A stretch of 64,000 bases of DNA from an uncultured delta proteobacterium (GCA_963761335.1 CAVXGR010000012.1:672001-736000); one strand, 5' to 3'. Positions 18,652 through 28,316 are shown, counted from the first letter of the stretch. Notes: generated from the sequence alone by a model not told the origin. Made by a program: numbers and translations.

Positions 18652-19027
18652 GAGTAATGGTGGATCTTGAGATCAACCGCGTTTCATTTCAAAACCCCCT
18701 GACCAATCAAAATCCCCTACGCCCCAACTCGGGCTGGGGGATCGCGCCGCGAAGCGGCGCAGGCATGTAGCCCCGGGTCGGAGACCCGGGGATCCCGGGT
18801 CCGCCTTCCCCGATGCGCCCCGCGCCCCTGGCGGGGCGCCAACGGACGTCGACTTCGGGAACCCCGGGTCGGAGACCCGGGGCTACACGCCTGCGCCCCT
18901 CCGGGGCGAATGATCTCCGAGCTCGCGGCCACCGATGTAACCTGGGGAAGTCGGGTTCAACTCAACGAAGCGGGGGTTATGGTGGATCGAAGCTGAGCGC
19001 GTTTCATTTCAAAATCCCCCACTACCC
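18652..19027. mobile_element. MITE-like element copy 1 (~376 bp) with palindromic termini
   Basis: Imperfect TIRs (22/28 match), flanking GCTGCC duplication, inverted second copy at 52051..52481. Confidence 0.7.
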
Positions 19028-19081
19028 GCTGCCGCAATGCAAAATCGGGCGGCCAGGATGGCCGCGCTCCCAGTCTCCGGC

Positions 19082-20767
19082 TCACCCCCGATGCTGCAGG
19101 CGATAGCGGAACAGGGCCATACCGACGACGAGGTAGGCGAGGCCATAGGCGAGCATGACGGCGGTGGGGACGACGGCGGCGTCGAAGAGACGGCGGCGGA
19201 TCATCAGGTCGTTGTAGGCGTCCATCGCCCAGGTCGTCGGGAAGCCGAGGGCGACGGTGCGCATCCAGCGCGGCTCCAGGTCGATCGGCCACCAGCAACC
19301 GCCCACCGCGGCCATGGTGACGATGACGATCGAGCCGACCGGCAGCACCGCCTCACGGCTGGTCGCCACGGCGGCGACGATCAGGCCGAAGGCGGTGCCG
19401 GCGAAGACGATGCCGGCGGTGGGCAGCGCCAGCGCCCACGGCTGCGGCCCGAGCGAGATGCCGAAGGCCGCCCAACCGACGGCGAAGAGCACCGCCATCT
19501 GCAGGCAGCCGATCGCGAAACGCGACAGCAGCTTGCCGAGCATGACGTTGCCGGGGGCGACCGGCATGGCCCGCAGGCGATCGAGAGTGCCCCAGTCGCG
19601 CTCGTCGAGCAGCCCGAGAGAAACGCCGAGAAGCATGCCGAGGAGAAGAAAGGTGACGCTGAAGCCGGGGACGTTCTGATCGAAGGTGTTGATCGTCGAC
19701 GGCCCGCCGGTGAGGTTCACCTCCTCGATGTGGAGCGACGACGGCGGCACCGGCGGCGCCGGCAGGGAGACCTGCGGCACCTGGATGTCGGGCATCGGCG
19801 GCAGCGCCGGCGGCTCCGGCAGCGCCAGCGGCGGCAGGTGAACATCCACCGCGGCGGCCGGCACCTCGAGGCGCAGCCCGCCGCCGGAACGCAGGCGCAT
19901 CAGCTCCGGCGGCGGCTCCGGGAACGCCGGCGGCGGCGGAATCTCCGCGGCGTGGCTTCCCGCCATCTCGCGCAGGCGCCCGAGCCACTTCTCGAAGTCG
20001 CCGCGGGTGGCCTCGAGCGTCTCGAGATAGATGCGGATCGGCACCTCGATGCCGGCGAGCTGGCGGTCGACGCGGAGACGCGCCGCGTCCGCCGCCGCGG
20101 CGATCTCGGCGCGCAGCTGCCGCTCGAGGCGTTGGCTCTCCGCGGCCAGCTGCGCGCGCGCCTCTTGCTTGGCCCGCTCGCGGGCGGCGCGCGCCTCCTC
20201 CCAGCTGCGCCCCAGCTCCTGCCGCGCCGCGGCCACCGCCGCCTGCAGGCCCTCGAGCCGGGCCTGCAGCTCCTGCCGCTGCCGGCCGACGTCACCGGCG
20301 AGCGCCTCGCGGCTCTGCGCCGCGATCTTCTCGCTCACCTCGAGCAGGCGGGCGCGCACGTTCAGGCGCTCGAGGTACTTCACCGGATCGACGTAGAGGA
20401 TCAGCGACGCCGGTGCCCCCGAGACGAGCGCCGCCTCCGTGCCCTGCGGCACCACCAGAGCCGAGCCGGCGCGCTTGCTGCGCACCAGCGCCGCGGCGCG
20501 GGCGCGGCTCTGCACCGGCTCGAGGGTGATGCTGCGGTCCTCCTCGAGGTGCCGGCGCAGCTCTCGCGAGAGCTGGCTGCCGTCCTCGTCGACGAAGGGA
20601 AACGCGTAGGCCGTCTGGCCGGTGGGATCGGCGCCGTAGAGGTTGGCCAGCGAGAAGCCGGCAACCGTGATCACCATGATCGGCGCCACGGTCAGGAAGA
20701 TCAGCCCGGCGCGGTCTCTCCACAGCAGGCGCAGATCCTTGGCGATGATCGCCCGCAGCGCGCGCAT
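19082..20767 (-). CDS. ABC-2 type permease with a long coiled-coil/Pro-rich insertion
   Basis: IIAKDLRLLWRDR, ERDWGTLDRL, GGCWWP, PTTWA. Confidence 0.88.
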   Translation of the reverse strand: MRALRAIIAKDLRLLWRDRAGLIFLTVAPIMVITVAGFSLANLYGADPTGQTAYAFPFVDEDGSQLSRELRRHLEEDRSITLEPVQSRARAAALVRSKRAGSALVVPQGTEAALVSGAPASLILYVDPVKYLERLNVRARLLEVSEKIAAQSREALAGDVGRQRQELQARLEGLQAAVAAARQELGRSWEEARAARERAKQEARAQLAAESQRLERQLRAEIAAAADAARLRVDRQLAGIEVPIRIYLETLEATRGDFEKWLGRLREMAGSHAAEIPPPPAFPEPPPELMRLRSGGGLRLEVPAAAVDVHLPPLALPEPPALPPMPDIQVPQVSLPAPPVPPSSLHIEEVNLTGGPSTINTFDQNVPGFSVTFLLLGMLLGVSLGLLDERDWGTLDRLRAMPVAPGNVMLGKLLSRFAIGCLQMAVLFAVGWAAFGISLGPQPWALALPTAGIVFAGTAFGLIVAAVATSREAVLPVGSIVIVTMAAVGGCWWPIDLEPRWMRTVALGFPTTWAMDAYNDLMIRRRLFDAAVVPTAVMLAYGLAYLVVGMALFRYRLQHRG

Positions 20768-20776
20768 GTCGGGGGC

Positions 20777-21775
20777 TCAGTCTCGCAGCTCGCGCCCGGT
20801 CAGGCTCAGGAAGACGTCCTGCAGGTCCGAGTGATGCACGTGGAACTCGAGAACCTCGCCGCCGAGCGCCGCGGCGCGCTCGAGAACCCGCGGCGCCACG
20901 GCGAGGTCGTCGACCAGGACGCGCACGGGATTGCCGTCCGCGGCGCTCTCGGGCCGCGCTGCCGCCGCCAGCAGACGCGCCCCGGCGACGGCGTCGAGCC
21001 AATCGGCGGGCAGGGCCCGGCGGGTGATCACGTCGAGGCGCATGCCGGGATCGATGGCGCCGATCATGTCGGCGGGCGTGCCGGTGGCGATCACGCGCCC
21101 GTGGTCGATGAGCACGACGCGGTCGCACAGGCGCTCCGCCTCCTCCATGTAGTGGGTGCTGTAGACGATGGCGGCGCCGGCGGCCGCCTGCTGGCGGACG
21201 GCGGCGAAGATGCGCTCCCGCGACTGCGGATCGACGCCGACGGTGGGCTCGTCGAGAAGGAGAACCCGCGGCGCGTGCATGAGGCCGCAGGCGAGATTGA
21301 GCCGCCGCTGCATGCCCCCGGAAAAGCTCGAGACGATGTCGTTCTGGCGCTCCTCCAGGCCGACCAGGCGGAGGGCCTCCGCGCCGGCGCGCCGCACGGC
21401 GGCGCCGCGCAGGCCGAGGGCGCGGGCGAAAAAGAAGGCGTTCTCCCGCGCCGTCAGTGTCGGGTAGAGGGCCAGCGACTGGGGGACCACACCGAGAACA
21501 CGCCGCACCGCCGCCGGCCGCGCCGCCACCGAATGGCCGCCGATCAGCGCCGCGCCGCCGTCGGGACGGCGGAGGGTGGAGAGCACCGACAGAGTCGTGG
21601 TCTTGCCGGCGCCATTGGGCCCGATGAGGCCGAGCACCTCACCCGCCGCGACCTCGAAGCTCACGTCGGCGACGGCGAGGCGATCGGCGTAGCGCACCCG
21701 GAGATGCTCGACGGAGATCACGGGCGCGAGCGCCGCTGCCCCCGCCCTGCCACTTGCCACCGCGCCGGTGTCCAC
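20777..21775 (-). CDS. ABC transporter ATP-binding protein
   Basis: GPNGAGKTT, FSGGMQRR, LLLDEPTVGVD, STHYMEE; start uncertain. Confidence 0.93.
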   Translation of the reverse strand: MDTGAVASGRAGAAALAPVISVEHLRVRYADRLAVADVSFEVAAGEVLGLIGPNGAGKTTTLSVLSTLRRPDGGAALIGGHSVAARPAAVRRVLGVVPQSLALYPTLTARENAFFFARALGLRGAAVRRAGAEALRLVGLEERQNDIVSSFSGGMQRRLNLACGLMHAPRVLLLDEPTVGVDPQSRERIFAAVRQQAAAGAAIVYSTHYMEEAERLCDRVVLIDHGRVIATGTPADMIGAIDPGMRLDVITRRALPADWLDAVAGARLLAAAARPESAADGNPVRVLVDDLAVAPRVLERAAALGGEVLEFHVHHSDLQDVFLSLTGRELRD

Positions 21776-21866
21776 GCCTCAGCCGTATGGGCGGACCTGG
21801 GGCATGTCAAGATGAGGATTCGAAGGAGGTCAGCGGCGTGAACATCGACGGGCTGCGGGCGCGGAT

Positions 21867-22006
21867 CCCCTCTCCCGCATTGTTTCGCGGGAGAGGGACA
21901 GGGTGAGGGTTCCGATCTTCTTGAACGCCGCAGAAATCGTGAACTTTCAGTGAGGAAGAAACCCCTCACCTTGATCCTCTCCCCGCCAAAAGAATGCGGG
22001 GAGAGG
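21867..22006. repeat. BoxC-like inverted doublet with 52-bp spacer
   Basis: Arms 21867..21909 and 21962..22006; spacer homologous to the reverse complement of 657..709. Confidence 0.88.
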
Positions 22007-22014
22007 AGACCCTG

Positions 22015-22102
22015 GCGCGAGGCGGGCGGGAGATAATTGCAGAGTCGGACCGGCAAACGCGCGAGGCGGGCGGGAGATAATTGCAGAGTCGGACCGGCAA
22101 AC
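22015..22102. repeat. Exact 44-bp tandem duplication
   Basis: GCGCGAGGCGGGCGGGAGATAATTGCAGAGTCGGACCGGCAAAC twice. Confidence 0.9.
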
Positions 22103-22178
22103 CAGGACAGTGCCAGAATCGTGGCGGCGCTGTCCTGGCGCGGCTCTCCGCGATAGAAGACCGGCGGGAGGACGGCGA

Positions 22179-23027
22179 ATGCGCATCGGATTCATCGGAT
22201 TGGGAAACATCGGCAGACCGATGGCGGAGCGCCTGGTGAAGGCGGGGATGGAGACCGTCGTCTTCGACGTCCGCGCGGAGGCGTGCCGCCCACTCGTCGC
22301 TCTCGGGGCGCGCGCCGCGGAGTCGATCGCGGCGCTGGCCGCTGCCGCCGACCTCATCGGCGTCTGCGTGCGCGACGACGCCGAGGTGCGGCAGGTGGCC
22401 GGCGCACTGCTGGAGAGCGCCGCCCGCGGCGTCCTGATCGCCATCCACAGCACCATCCTGCCGCGCACCGTGATCGAGGTCGCCACGGCGGCGCGCCGGC
22501 GCGGCATCGACGTCGTCGACGCACCGATGACCGGCGGGGCCGCCGGCGCCGAGAAGGGCACGCTCACCTACATGGTGGGCGGCGACGCCGCCCTCGTGGA
22601 TCGCTGCCGCCCGCTTCTCGCCGCCTCGGCGGCGAAGATCGTGCACACCGGCGCCCTCGGCAGCGGCGCGGCGACCAAGCTGTGCAACAACCTGATCGGC
22701 TACATGGCCTTTCTCTCCGCCTACGAGACGGCGCTGCTGGCGCGCCATGCGGAGCTCTCCTTCGAGGCACTCCTCGAGGTGACCCGCTCGAACGGCTACA
22801 TGACCGAGATGATGGCCACCTTTCTCGGCTTCCGCCGCCTGATCGAGGAGAAGCCGGAGGACGCGGCGCTCCAGGACGCGGCGCGCCGCTTCACGGATCT
22901 CGCCGAGAAGGACCTCGCCGTCACCCTCGCCTTCGCGCGCGAGAGCGGCGTCACCCTGCCCGGCGCCGGCCTCTGCCAGCAGCTCATGGCGCGCGTCTAC
23001 GGCCTCCGCGACGACAGGCGCCGCTGA
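22179..23027 (+). CDS. 3-hydroxyisobutyrate dehydrogenase-family oxidoreductase
   Basis: IGFIGLGNIG, DAPMTGG, KLCNN, KDL. Confidence 0.92.
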   Translation: MRIGFIGLGNIGRPMAERLVKAGMETVVFDVRAEACRPLVALGARAAESIAALAAAADLIGVCVRDDAEVRQVAGALLESAARGVLIAIHSTILPRTVIEVATAARRRGIDVVDAPMTGGAAGAEKGTLTYMVGGDAALVDRCRPLLAASAAKIVHTGALGSGAATKLCNNLIGYMAFLSAYETALLARHAELSFEALLEVTRSNGYMTEMMATFLGFRRLIEEKPEDAALQDAARRFTDLAEKDLAVTLAFARESGVTLPGAGLCQQLMARVYGLRDDRRR

Positions 23028-23076
23028 CTGGGCGCGCCGCCATCCCGACCGCCCATCAATGAAAGGAGAAGGAACC

Positions 23077-23442
23077 ATGGCGAAATCACCGCAGCGACAG
23101 AAGGGCATCGAGAAGTTCGAGGAGGTCATGGGATTCTCCCCTCCGGAAATCGAGGACGCCTTTCTCGACATGACCCTCGACCACCTGTTCCCAAACGTCT
23201 GGGGACGCGGCCAGCTGTCGCGGCGAGAACGCCGCCTGATCACCCTCACCGCGATCGCCTGTCTCGGCCACGAGCCGACCCTGACGCTGCACCTGAACGC
23301 CGCGATGACGTCCGGGGACCTGAGCGACAAGGACATCGACGAGCTCATGCTTCACCTCGCCCACTATGCCGGCTGGCCGGTGGCCGCCGTCGCCAGTGGA
23401 GTCGCCCGCCGCCTGCGCGCCGCCGCGGCACCGGGCACATGA
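23077..23442 (+). CDS. Carboxymuconolactone decarboxylase-family protein
   Basis: VWGR..LSRRERRLIT, HL, HLAHYAGWP; AAGGAG RBS. Confidence 0.9.
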   Translation: MAKSPQRQKGIEKFEEVMGFSPPEIEDAFLDMTLDHLFPNVWGRGQLSRRERRLITLTAIACLGHEPTLTLHLNAAMTSGDLSDKDIDELMLHLAHYAGWPVAAVASGVARRLRAAAAPGT

Positions 23443-23456
23443 GTCGTGAGAGGCGG

Positions 23457-23544
23457 GGTGTTGGTTGTTAGGTTGTTAGGTTGTTAGGTTGTTATGGTTG
23501 TTGGTTGTTAGTTGTTGGTTGTTGGTTGTTGGTTGTTGCGGTTG
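23457..23544. repeat. GTTGTT(A/G)G low-complexity repeat tract
   Basis: Similar tracts at 16590..16617 and as an inverted pair at 34329..34410. Confidence 0.8.
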
Positions 23545-23545
23545 T

Positions 23546-23830
23546 CGCCCCGTAGGGGCGCAGGCGTGTAGCCCCGGGTGAAACCCGGGGGAACGGCGGA
23601 CCCAGATCCGCGCCCCGTAGGGGCGCAGGCATGTAGCCCCGGGTGAAACCCGGGGGAACGGCGGACCCAGATCCGCGCCCCGTAGGGGCGCAGGCGCGTA
23701 GCCCCGGGTGAAACCCGGGGGAACGGCGGACCCAGATCCGCGCCCCGTAGGGGCGCAGGCGTGTAGCCCCGGGTGAAGCCCGGGGGAACGGCGGACCCAG
23801 ATCCGCGCCCCGTAGGGGCGCAGGCATGTA
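23546..23830. repeat. 65-bp tandem REP-like array (GTAGCCCCGGGTGAAACCCGGGG), family E
   Basis: Units at 23546, 23611, 23676, 23741 and a partial at 23806; more copies through 24615. Confidence 0.92.
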
Positions 23831-23899
23831 CCAACGGCTCTGCCTGCGCCCCTGACGGGGCGCTCTATCATCACCCGCGTCTTTCCACCCCGGGTGAAA

Positions 23900-24850
23900 C
23901 CCGGGCGCCGCCGCGGAGGGAAGGCGCGGAAGATCCGCGCCCCGTGGAGGCGCCGGAGACGGCGGCAGATACACGTCCGCGGCGGCGTTGCGCTCAGCCA
24001 GCCGGGGATGTCCAGCGCCGGAAAGGCGCCGACGCCGTAGATCCGCGTACTCCTCCTGGGGCGTACAGGTATTGTGAAAGCCGAAGTCGGTGAACAGCGG
24101 CCCGGCGTGGAAGGCGACCCAGATCCCGCGCCCCGTAGGGGCGCAGGCGTGTAGCCCCGGGTGAAGACCCGGGGGAACGGCGGACCCAGATCCGCGCCCC
24201 GTAGGGGACGCCAGGCGTGTAGCGACAAGCTGCCGGGGGAATCGCCGAGGAACGGCGGCGCCTCCAGCTCGTCGAGCTGCGCCGCAGGCGACGGCTGTAC
24301 GCCAGCGGCGACTCGCCCAGCGACGGCGAGCGGGGCAGCTCGTTCTTGCGCAGGAAGGCGTCGTACGGAGAGCCCACCAGCTCACCAACGGCATCGCGCG
24401 CCCTGACGGGGCGCTCATCATCACCCGCGTCTTTCCACCCCGGGTGAAGCCCGGGGGAACGGCGGACCCAGATCCGCGCCCCGTAGGGGCGCAGGCATGT
24501 ACCAACGGCTCTGCCTGCGCCCCTGACGGGGCGCTCTATCATCACCCGCGTCTTTCCACCCCGGGTGAAGCCCGGGATCGAGGAACGGCGGAACGGCCCA
24601 GATCCGCGCCCCGGAGGGACGGCGACATCGGTGACTGGATCGCCGCGGTCCCGGGGGATTGACGTCGTCACCGGTCCGCGGCCGCATAGCTGTGCGCAAG
24701 CACGTCTCCAGAAAGAGGCGCTCGCCGATGGCCCCTCGGCGGATCGGCCTCCTCCTCACCGGCGTCGAGGAACGGTCCTGCCGCACCCCCCACAGCAGGA
24801 GAAGCAGCAGCGGCAGAAGCTCGGGATGCAATCGAGCCCAATCCAAGCGA
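23900..24850 (-). pseudogene. Fragmented di-haem cytochrome c peroxidase (MauG/bCCP-like) gene interleaved with REP repeats
   Basis: Ordered fragments AIGERLFLET, GDPVTD, GSPYDAFL, then WVAFHAGPLFTDFGFHNT, which resembles a decayed CxxCH-xGPxFTDxxFHN motif. Confidence 0.6.
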
Positions 24851-24857
24851 ACGGCCC

Positions 24858-26381
24858 TCAGAACCCGAAGGTGGTGCCGAACATGAAGGTGTTGACGCTC
24901 GACTCGCGCGGTCGCGCCGGCAGGTAGTTGGTGACCCCGGCCAGGCTCTGGCCGCTGTCGGTCTGCGTGTACTCGTAGGCGAGCTGGAAGGCGACCAGCG
25001 GCACCGGGCGATAGGCGAAGCCGAGGCTGAAGCGATCGACGCGCCGATTGGCGGTGTCGAAGGCGCTGAGCCTGCCGCCGCTGAAATCGACCTCGCGGAC
25101 CAGGTCGTCGAGCCACACCTGCTCGGCGCGCAGGGCGAGGATCATCTGCGGGTTGGCGAAGGGCTGTCCGAAGACGGTGTGGTTGAGCCAACGCGGCCAG
25201 AAATGGTAGCGCCCCTCGAGCCAGTACCCGTGCTTGTTGCGCGCCAGGTTGCTGAGCTCGAACTCCGCCTCGGTGGTCACCCCGGGATCGCTGCTCTCGC
25301 GGCTCTGATCGGTGGCCACGGCGGCGAGCGAGGAGGCGACGCTGGGGGTTCCCTCGAAACGCGTGAAGACCCATTCGCCTTCGAGCTCGAACGGTCCGTA
25401 GCCGGTGCGCCCGTCGGCGGCCACCGACCACAGGTCGCGGTGCGCGAGGAAATCCGGCGTGTACTGGCCCCAGTACCAGGAGGCGGCGATCTCGTGCCCG
25501 AGCCCCGGGCTCAGCGCCAGCCGCCCCGCCACCGCCTTCGAATCCTTGACGTCGGTGGCAAAGCCGCCGGTCGAGGGGGCGACCTCGACCTCGGAGACCA
25601 GGTTGGGAGGGGCGCCGTCCTGGCGCTCGATCTTCTGCTCGAACTGGCTGTCGAGCGAGACGCCGTTCATGGCGTAGACCTGATAGCTGAGCAGCGACTC
25701 GTCGCTGAGGGCGAAGTCGCCGTTGAAGCCGACGCCGAGCTCGTCCCAGGCCGCCGTCGACGGCAGCACCGGCACGCCGCGGTCGACCAGGGAACGGCGC
25801 GGCAGTGTCCAGAGGTTGTCGTCGTGGCTGATGTTGAAGCGGCCGAGGGGCACCAGGACGGCGCCGGCGCGGAAGCGCAGCCAGTTGGCCAGGTCGTACT
25901 GGAGCCAGGCCTGCTCGAGTGAGATCTCCGAGTTGTTGGTGGCCTCGATGCCCTGCCCCGCGACTCCTGGGCCGAACGACTTCTCCACCTCGAGCTTGCG
26001 GAAGCGCTCGAACTCCAGCTCGACGTTGGCGCGCAGCCGCGGCGCGATGTTGGCGTCGGTGGTGAGCACGAAGCGCCGCAGGACGAAGCTGGTCTTCTGG
26101 TCGGCGAGGTCGGAGGCCTCGAAGCGAAACGACCCGTAGCCGCCGACCTTGACGCGATCGAGCACCTGCTCGTAGACGGGCGCCGCCGCAGGCGCCGCCG
26201 CCGCGGCCTTCTCCTTTGCCTCCCTCTCCTCTCGCAGCTGCTGCTTCAGCTCCTGCAGCTCGCGCTCCATGCGCTCGACGCGCGCCGGCAGATCCTCGCC
26301 GCGGGCCGGCGCCGCCAGCAGCCCCAGCCCCAGGAGCCCCAGGGCGCCGCACAGCAGCGCCCGCAGTGATGCTCGTCTCAT
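24858..26381 (-). CDS. Outer-membrane beta-barrel porin (OprO/P-like) with N-terminal coiled coil
   Basis: Signal peptide, coiled coil, VKVGGYG, ELEFE, EQAWLQY, C-terminal FGTTFGF; AAGGAG RBS. Confidence 0.8.
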   Translation of the reverse strand: MRRASLRALLCGALGLLGLGLLAAPARGEDLPARVERMERELQELKQQLREEREAKEKAAAAAPAAAPVYEQVLDRVKVGGYGSFRFEASDLADQKTSFVLRRFVLTTDANIAPRLRANVELEFERFRKLEVEKSFGPGVAGQGIEATNNSEISLEQAWLQYDLANWLRFRAGAVLVPLGRFNISHDDNLWTLPRRSLVDRGVPVLPSTAAWDELGVGFNGDFALSDESLLSYQVYAMNGVSLDSQFEQKIERQDGAPPNLVSEVEVAPSTGGFATDVKDSKAVAGRLALSPGLGHEIAASWYWGQYTPDFLAHRDLWSVAADGRTGYGPFELEGEWVFTRFEGTPSVASSLAAVATDQSRESSDPGVTTEAEFELSNLARNKHGYWLEGRYHFWPRWLNHTVFGQPFANPQMILALRAEQVWLDDLVREVDFSGGRLSAFDTANRRVDRFSLGFAYRPVPLVAFQLAYEYTQTDSGQSLAGVTNYLPARPRESSVNTFMFGTTFGF

Positions 26382-26399
26382 TTGTCTCTCTCCTTTCCC

Positions 26400-26443
26400 A
26401 AAACGAAAAAGCCCGGTGGGAGCGGACTGGCTCCGACCGGGCT
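26400..26443 (-). terminator. Terminator/attenuator hairpin immediately upstream of the porin RBS
   Basis: AGCCCGGTCGGAGC-CAGTCC-GCTCCCACCGGGCT followed by TTTTCGTTTT on the minus strand. Confidence 0.75.
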
Positions 26444-26546
26444 CTGGACGTCACTGATGCGCGCCGCTGCACAACCGAGCGGCACCGCGTCTCGGGCCTC
26501 GCCCCGCCGCCGGTGTGGCGGCGGGGCGCGCATCTCTCGCGTCAGA

Positions 26547-26750
26547 TCACTGGCGACAGCGCTCCCCTCCGGCAGAGGACGGCACCTCGACCCACCGCCG
26601 CCGCGATCCATCGAGAGGTACGGTGACCACCCGCTTGCAGCGGCGGCACTTCAGCTCGACGCCGCCGGAGGTCAAACGCGCCATCAGGCTGCCGCAATGG
26701 CAGCGCAGCTCGCCCCTGCCGCTACTCGGGTGGGAACTCGTCGATCTCAT
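26547..26750 (-). CDS. Small Com-like zinc-finger protein
   Basis: ELRCHCGSLMAR..GVELKCRRCKRV pattern; overlaps the end of the upstream gene. Confidence 0.7.
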   Translation of the reverse strand: MRSTSSHPSSGRGELRCHCGSLMARLTSGGVELKCRRCKRVVTVPLDGSRRRWVEVPSSAGGERCRQ

Positions 26751-27237
26751 AGCGGAACCACATCTCGCGCAAGGGGTAATAGATGAAGCCGGCGAAGCCG
26801 ATCCATTCGCAGCCCCAGCTGGCGAGCTGCAGGTAGGAGAAGCCGGCGGCGAGGTAGCGAATGAGCCACGGGCCGACGAGGTCGCCCACGAGGCCGGCGA
26901 AGGCGAGCGCGATCAGCACCAGCTTGGTGCGCGGGCCGACGCCGGTGGCGATGAACAGATGCGCCAGCACCAGATAGACGATGCTCATGATGAACGAATG
27001 GAAGTGGGTGACCTCGACCAGCTCGCGAAAGGTCTTGGGGAAGCTCATCTCGCCGCCGTGCTCGCCACCGCGGTAGTAGCTGGCCACCCGCTGCGGGGTC
27101 GGCCCGATCTGCCCGGCCTCGAAGGCGGCCATGGTGCCCAGGCCGACAGTGACCAGGAAGAGAAAGGCGGTGTACACGAGGCGCACCTCGAGACGGGCAT
27201 GCCGGAGGAGATAGCCGGAGACGCCGAAGCTTCTCAT
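26722..27237 (-). CDS. Four-TM membrane protein with His residues (possible haem b or metal ligands)
   Basis: YYRG, ELVEVTHFHSF, LAHL; ATGA overlap with apbE. Confidence 0.75.
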   Translation of the reverse strand: MRSFGVSGYLLRHARLEVRLVYTAFLFLVTVGLGTMAAFEAGQIGPTPQRVASYYRGGEHGGEMSFPKTFRELVEVTHFHSFIMSIVYLVLAHLFIATGVGPRTKLVLIALAFAGLVGDLVGPWLIRYLAAGFSYLQLASWGCEWIGFAGFIYYPLREMWFRYEIDEFPPE

Positions 27238-28316
27238 CGGATCGGCTCCGCCGCCGCGGGGATGGCACGGGCCTGCGGATAGCGGCGAAGGTGCATGGCG
27301 GCGGCATTCCACGCCGACACTCTGCCGTCCTCGACGTAGAGCCCGGCGGCCGTCGCCCGCCGTTCGCGCCGGCAGGCGGCCGCGGCGGCGCCTCCGGGCG
27401 CGCCGCACCAGATGAGCACGGCCTTGGAATGCGCCTCGGCCGCGGTGGCGTCGTCGGTCACCACCAGGGCGAGGGCATTGGCGCGCAGCGGCCGGCCGCT
27501 GCGCGGATCGACGATGTGGCCGACGCGGTGCCCGGCGAGCTCGCGACTGTGGCCGTACACCGCCGACACCGAGAGGGCCTGATCGCGCAGGCGCAGGCTG
27601 CCGATCGTCTGCCCCGGATCGGTGCCGCGCACCACCAGCGGCCAGCCGTCGCCGCCCTCGGGAGCGCCGAGCGCATACTGGCTGCTCTCTCCCAGGTCCA
27701 GCAGGGCGCGGCGCACGCCGGCGGCGCGCAGCAGGGCAACGCAGTGATCGACGGCGTATCCCTTGGCGACACCGTCGAAGTCGAGCTGCACGCCGGGCGC
27801 CAAGCGCCGCAGGCGGCGGCCGTCGAGGCGCAGCCGCGGCGCCGCGCCGGCGGCGCGGCGGCGAACGGCATCGGGCGCCGGCCAGCTCTCGCTGTCGCGC
27901 CAGAGGGCGGTCTCCGCGCCGATGGTCGTATCGAAGGCGCCGCCGGTCACCTGTCGCAGGGCGAGCGAGCGGCGCAGCAGCTCCGCCATGTCGGGGCTCA
28001 GCGATTGCAACTCGTCGCTGGCGCCGGCATTGAGGCGGCTCAGCTCGCTGTCCGGGCGGTAGCGAGAGAACACCGCCTCCAGCCGACGCGTTTCGGCGAA
28101 ACACTGGCGCATGGCGGCGCGCGCCGTTTTCTCGGACATGCCATCGACGCGAATCGAGAAGTAGGTGCCCATGGTGTAGTGGATCTCGGTGACCACCGCG
28201 GCGGGCGCCGCGCCGGCAAAAACGGCGACGGCGAGCAGCGCCAGCGCCAGCGAGTGCGGCGCGCCCGGCCGACCCCCCTTCCCCGCCGCGTCTCTCGTCT
28301 CTGCGAGGCGATTCAT
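27234..28316 (-). CDS. apbE: FAD:protein FMN transferase
   Basis: MGTYF, SRYRPDSELSRLN, TGGAFD.TIG, DFDGVAKGYAVD, GHIVDPRSG. Confidence 0.9.
   Translation of the reverse strand: MNRLAETRDAAGKGGRPGAPHSLALALLAVAVFAGAAPAAVVTEIHYTMGTYFSIRVDGMSEKTARAAMRQCFAETRRLEAVFSRYRPDSELSRLNAGASDELQSLSPDMAELLRRSLALRQVTGGAFDTTIGAETALWRDSESWPAPDAVRRRAAGAAPRLRLDGRRLRRLAPGVQLDFDGVAKGYAVDHCVALLRAAGVRRALLDLGESSQYALGAPEGGDGWPLVVRGTDPGQTIGSLRLRDQALSVSAVYGHSRELAGHRVGHIVDPRSGRPLRANALALVVTDDATAAEAHSKAVLIWCGAPGGAAAAACRRERRATAAGLYVEDGRVSAWNAAAMHLRRYPQARAIPAAAEPIR

Noticed and set aside
23546..23830. CRISPR array
   Set aside because: The 65-bp units are near-identical throughout, with no unique spacers and no cas genes
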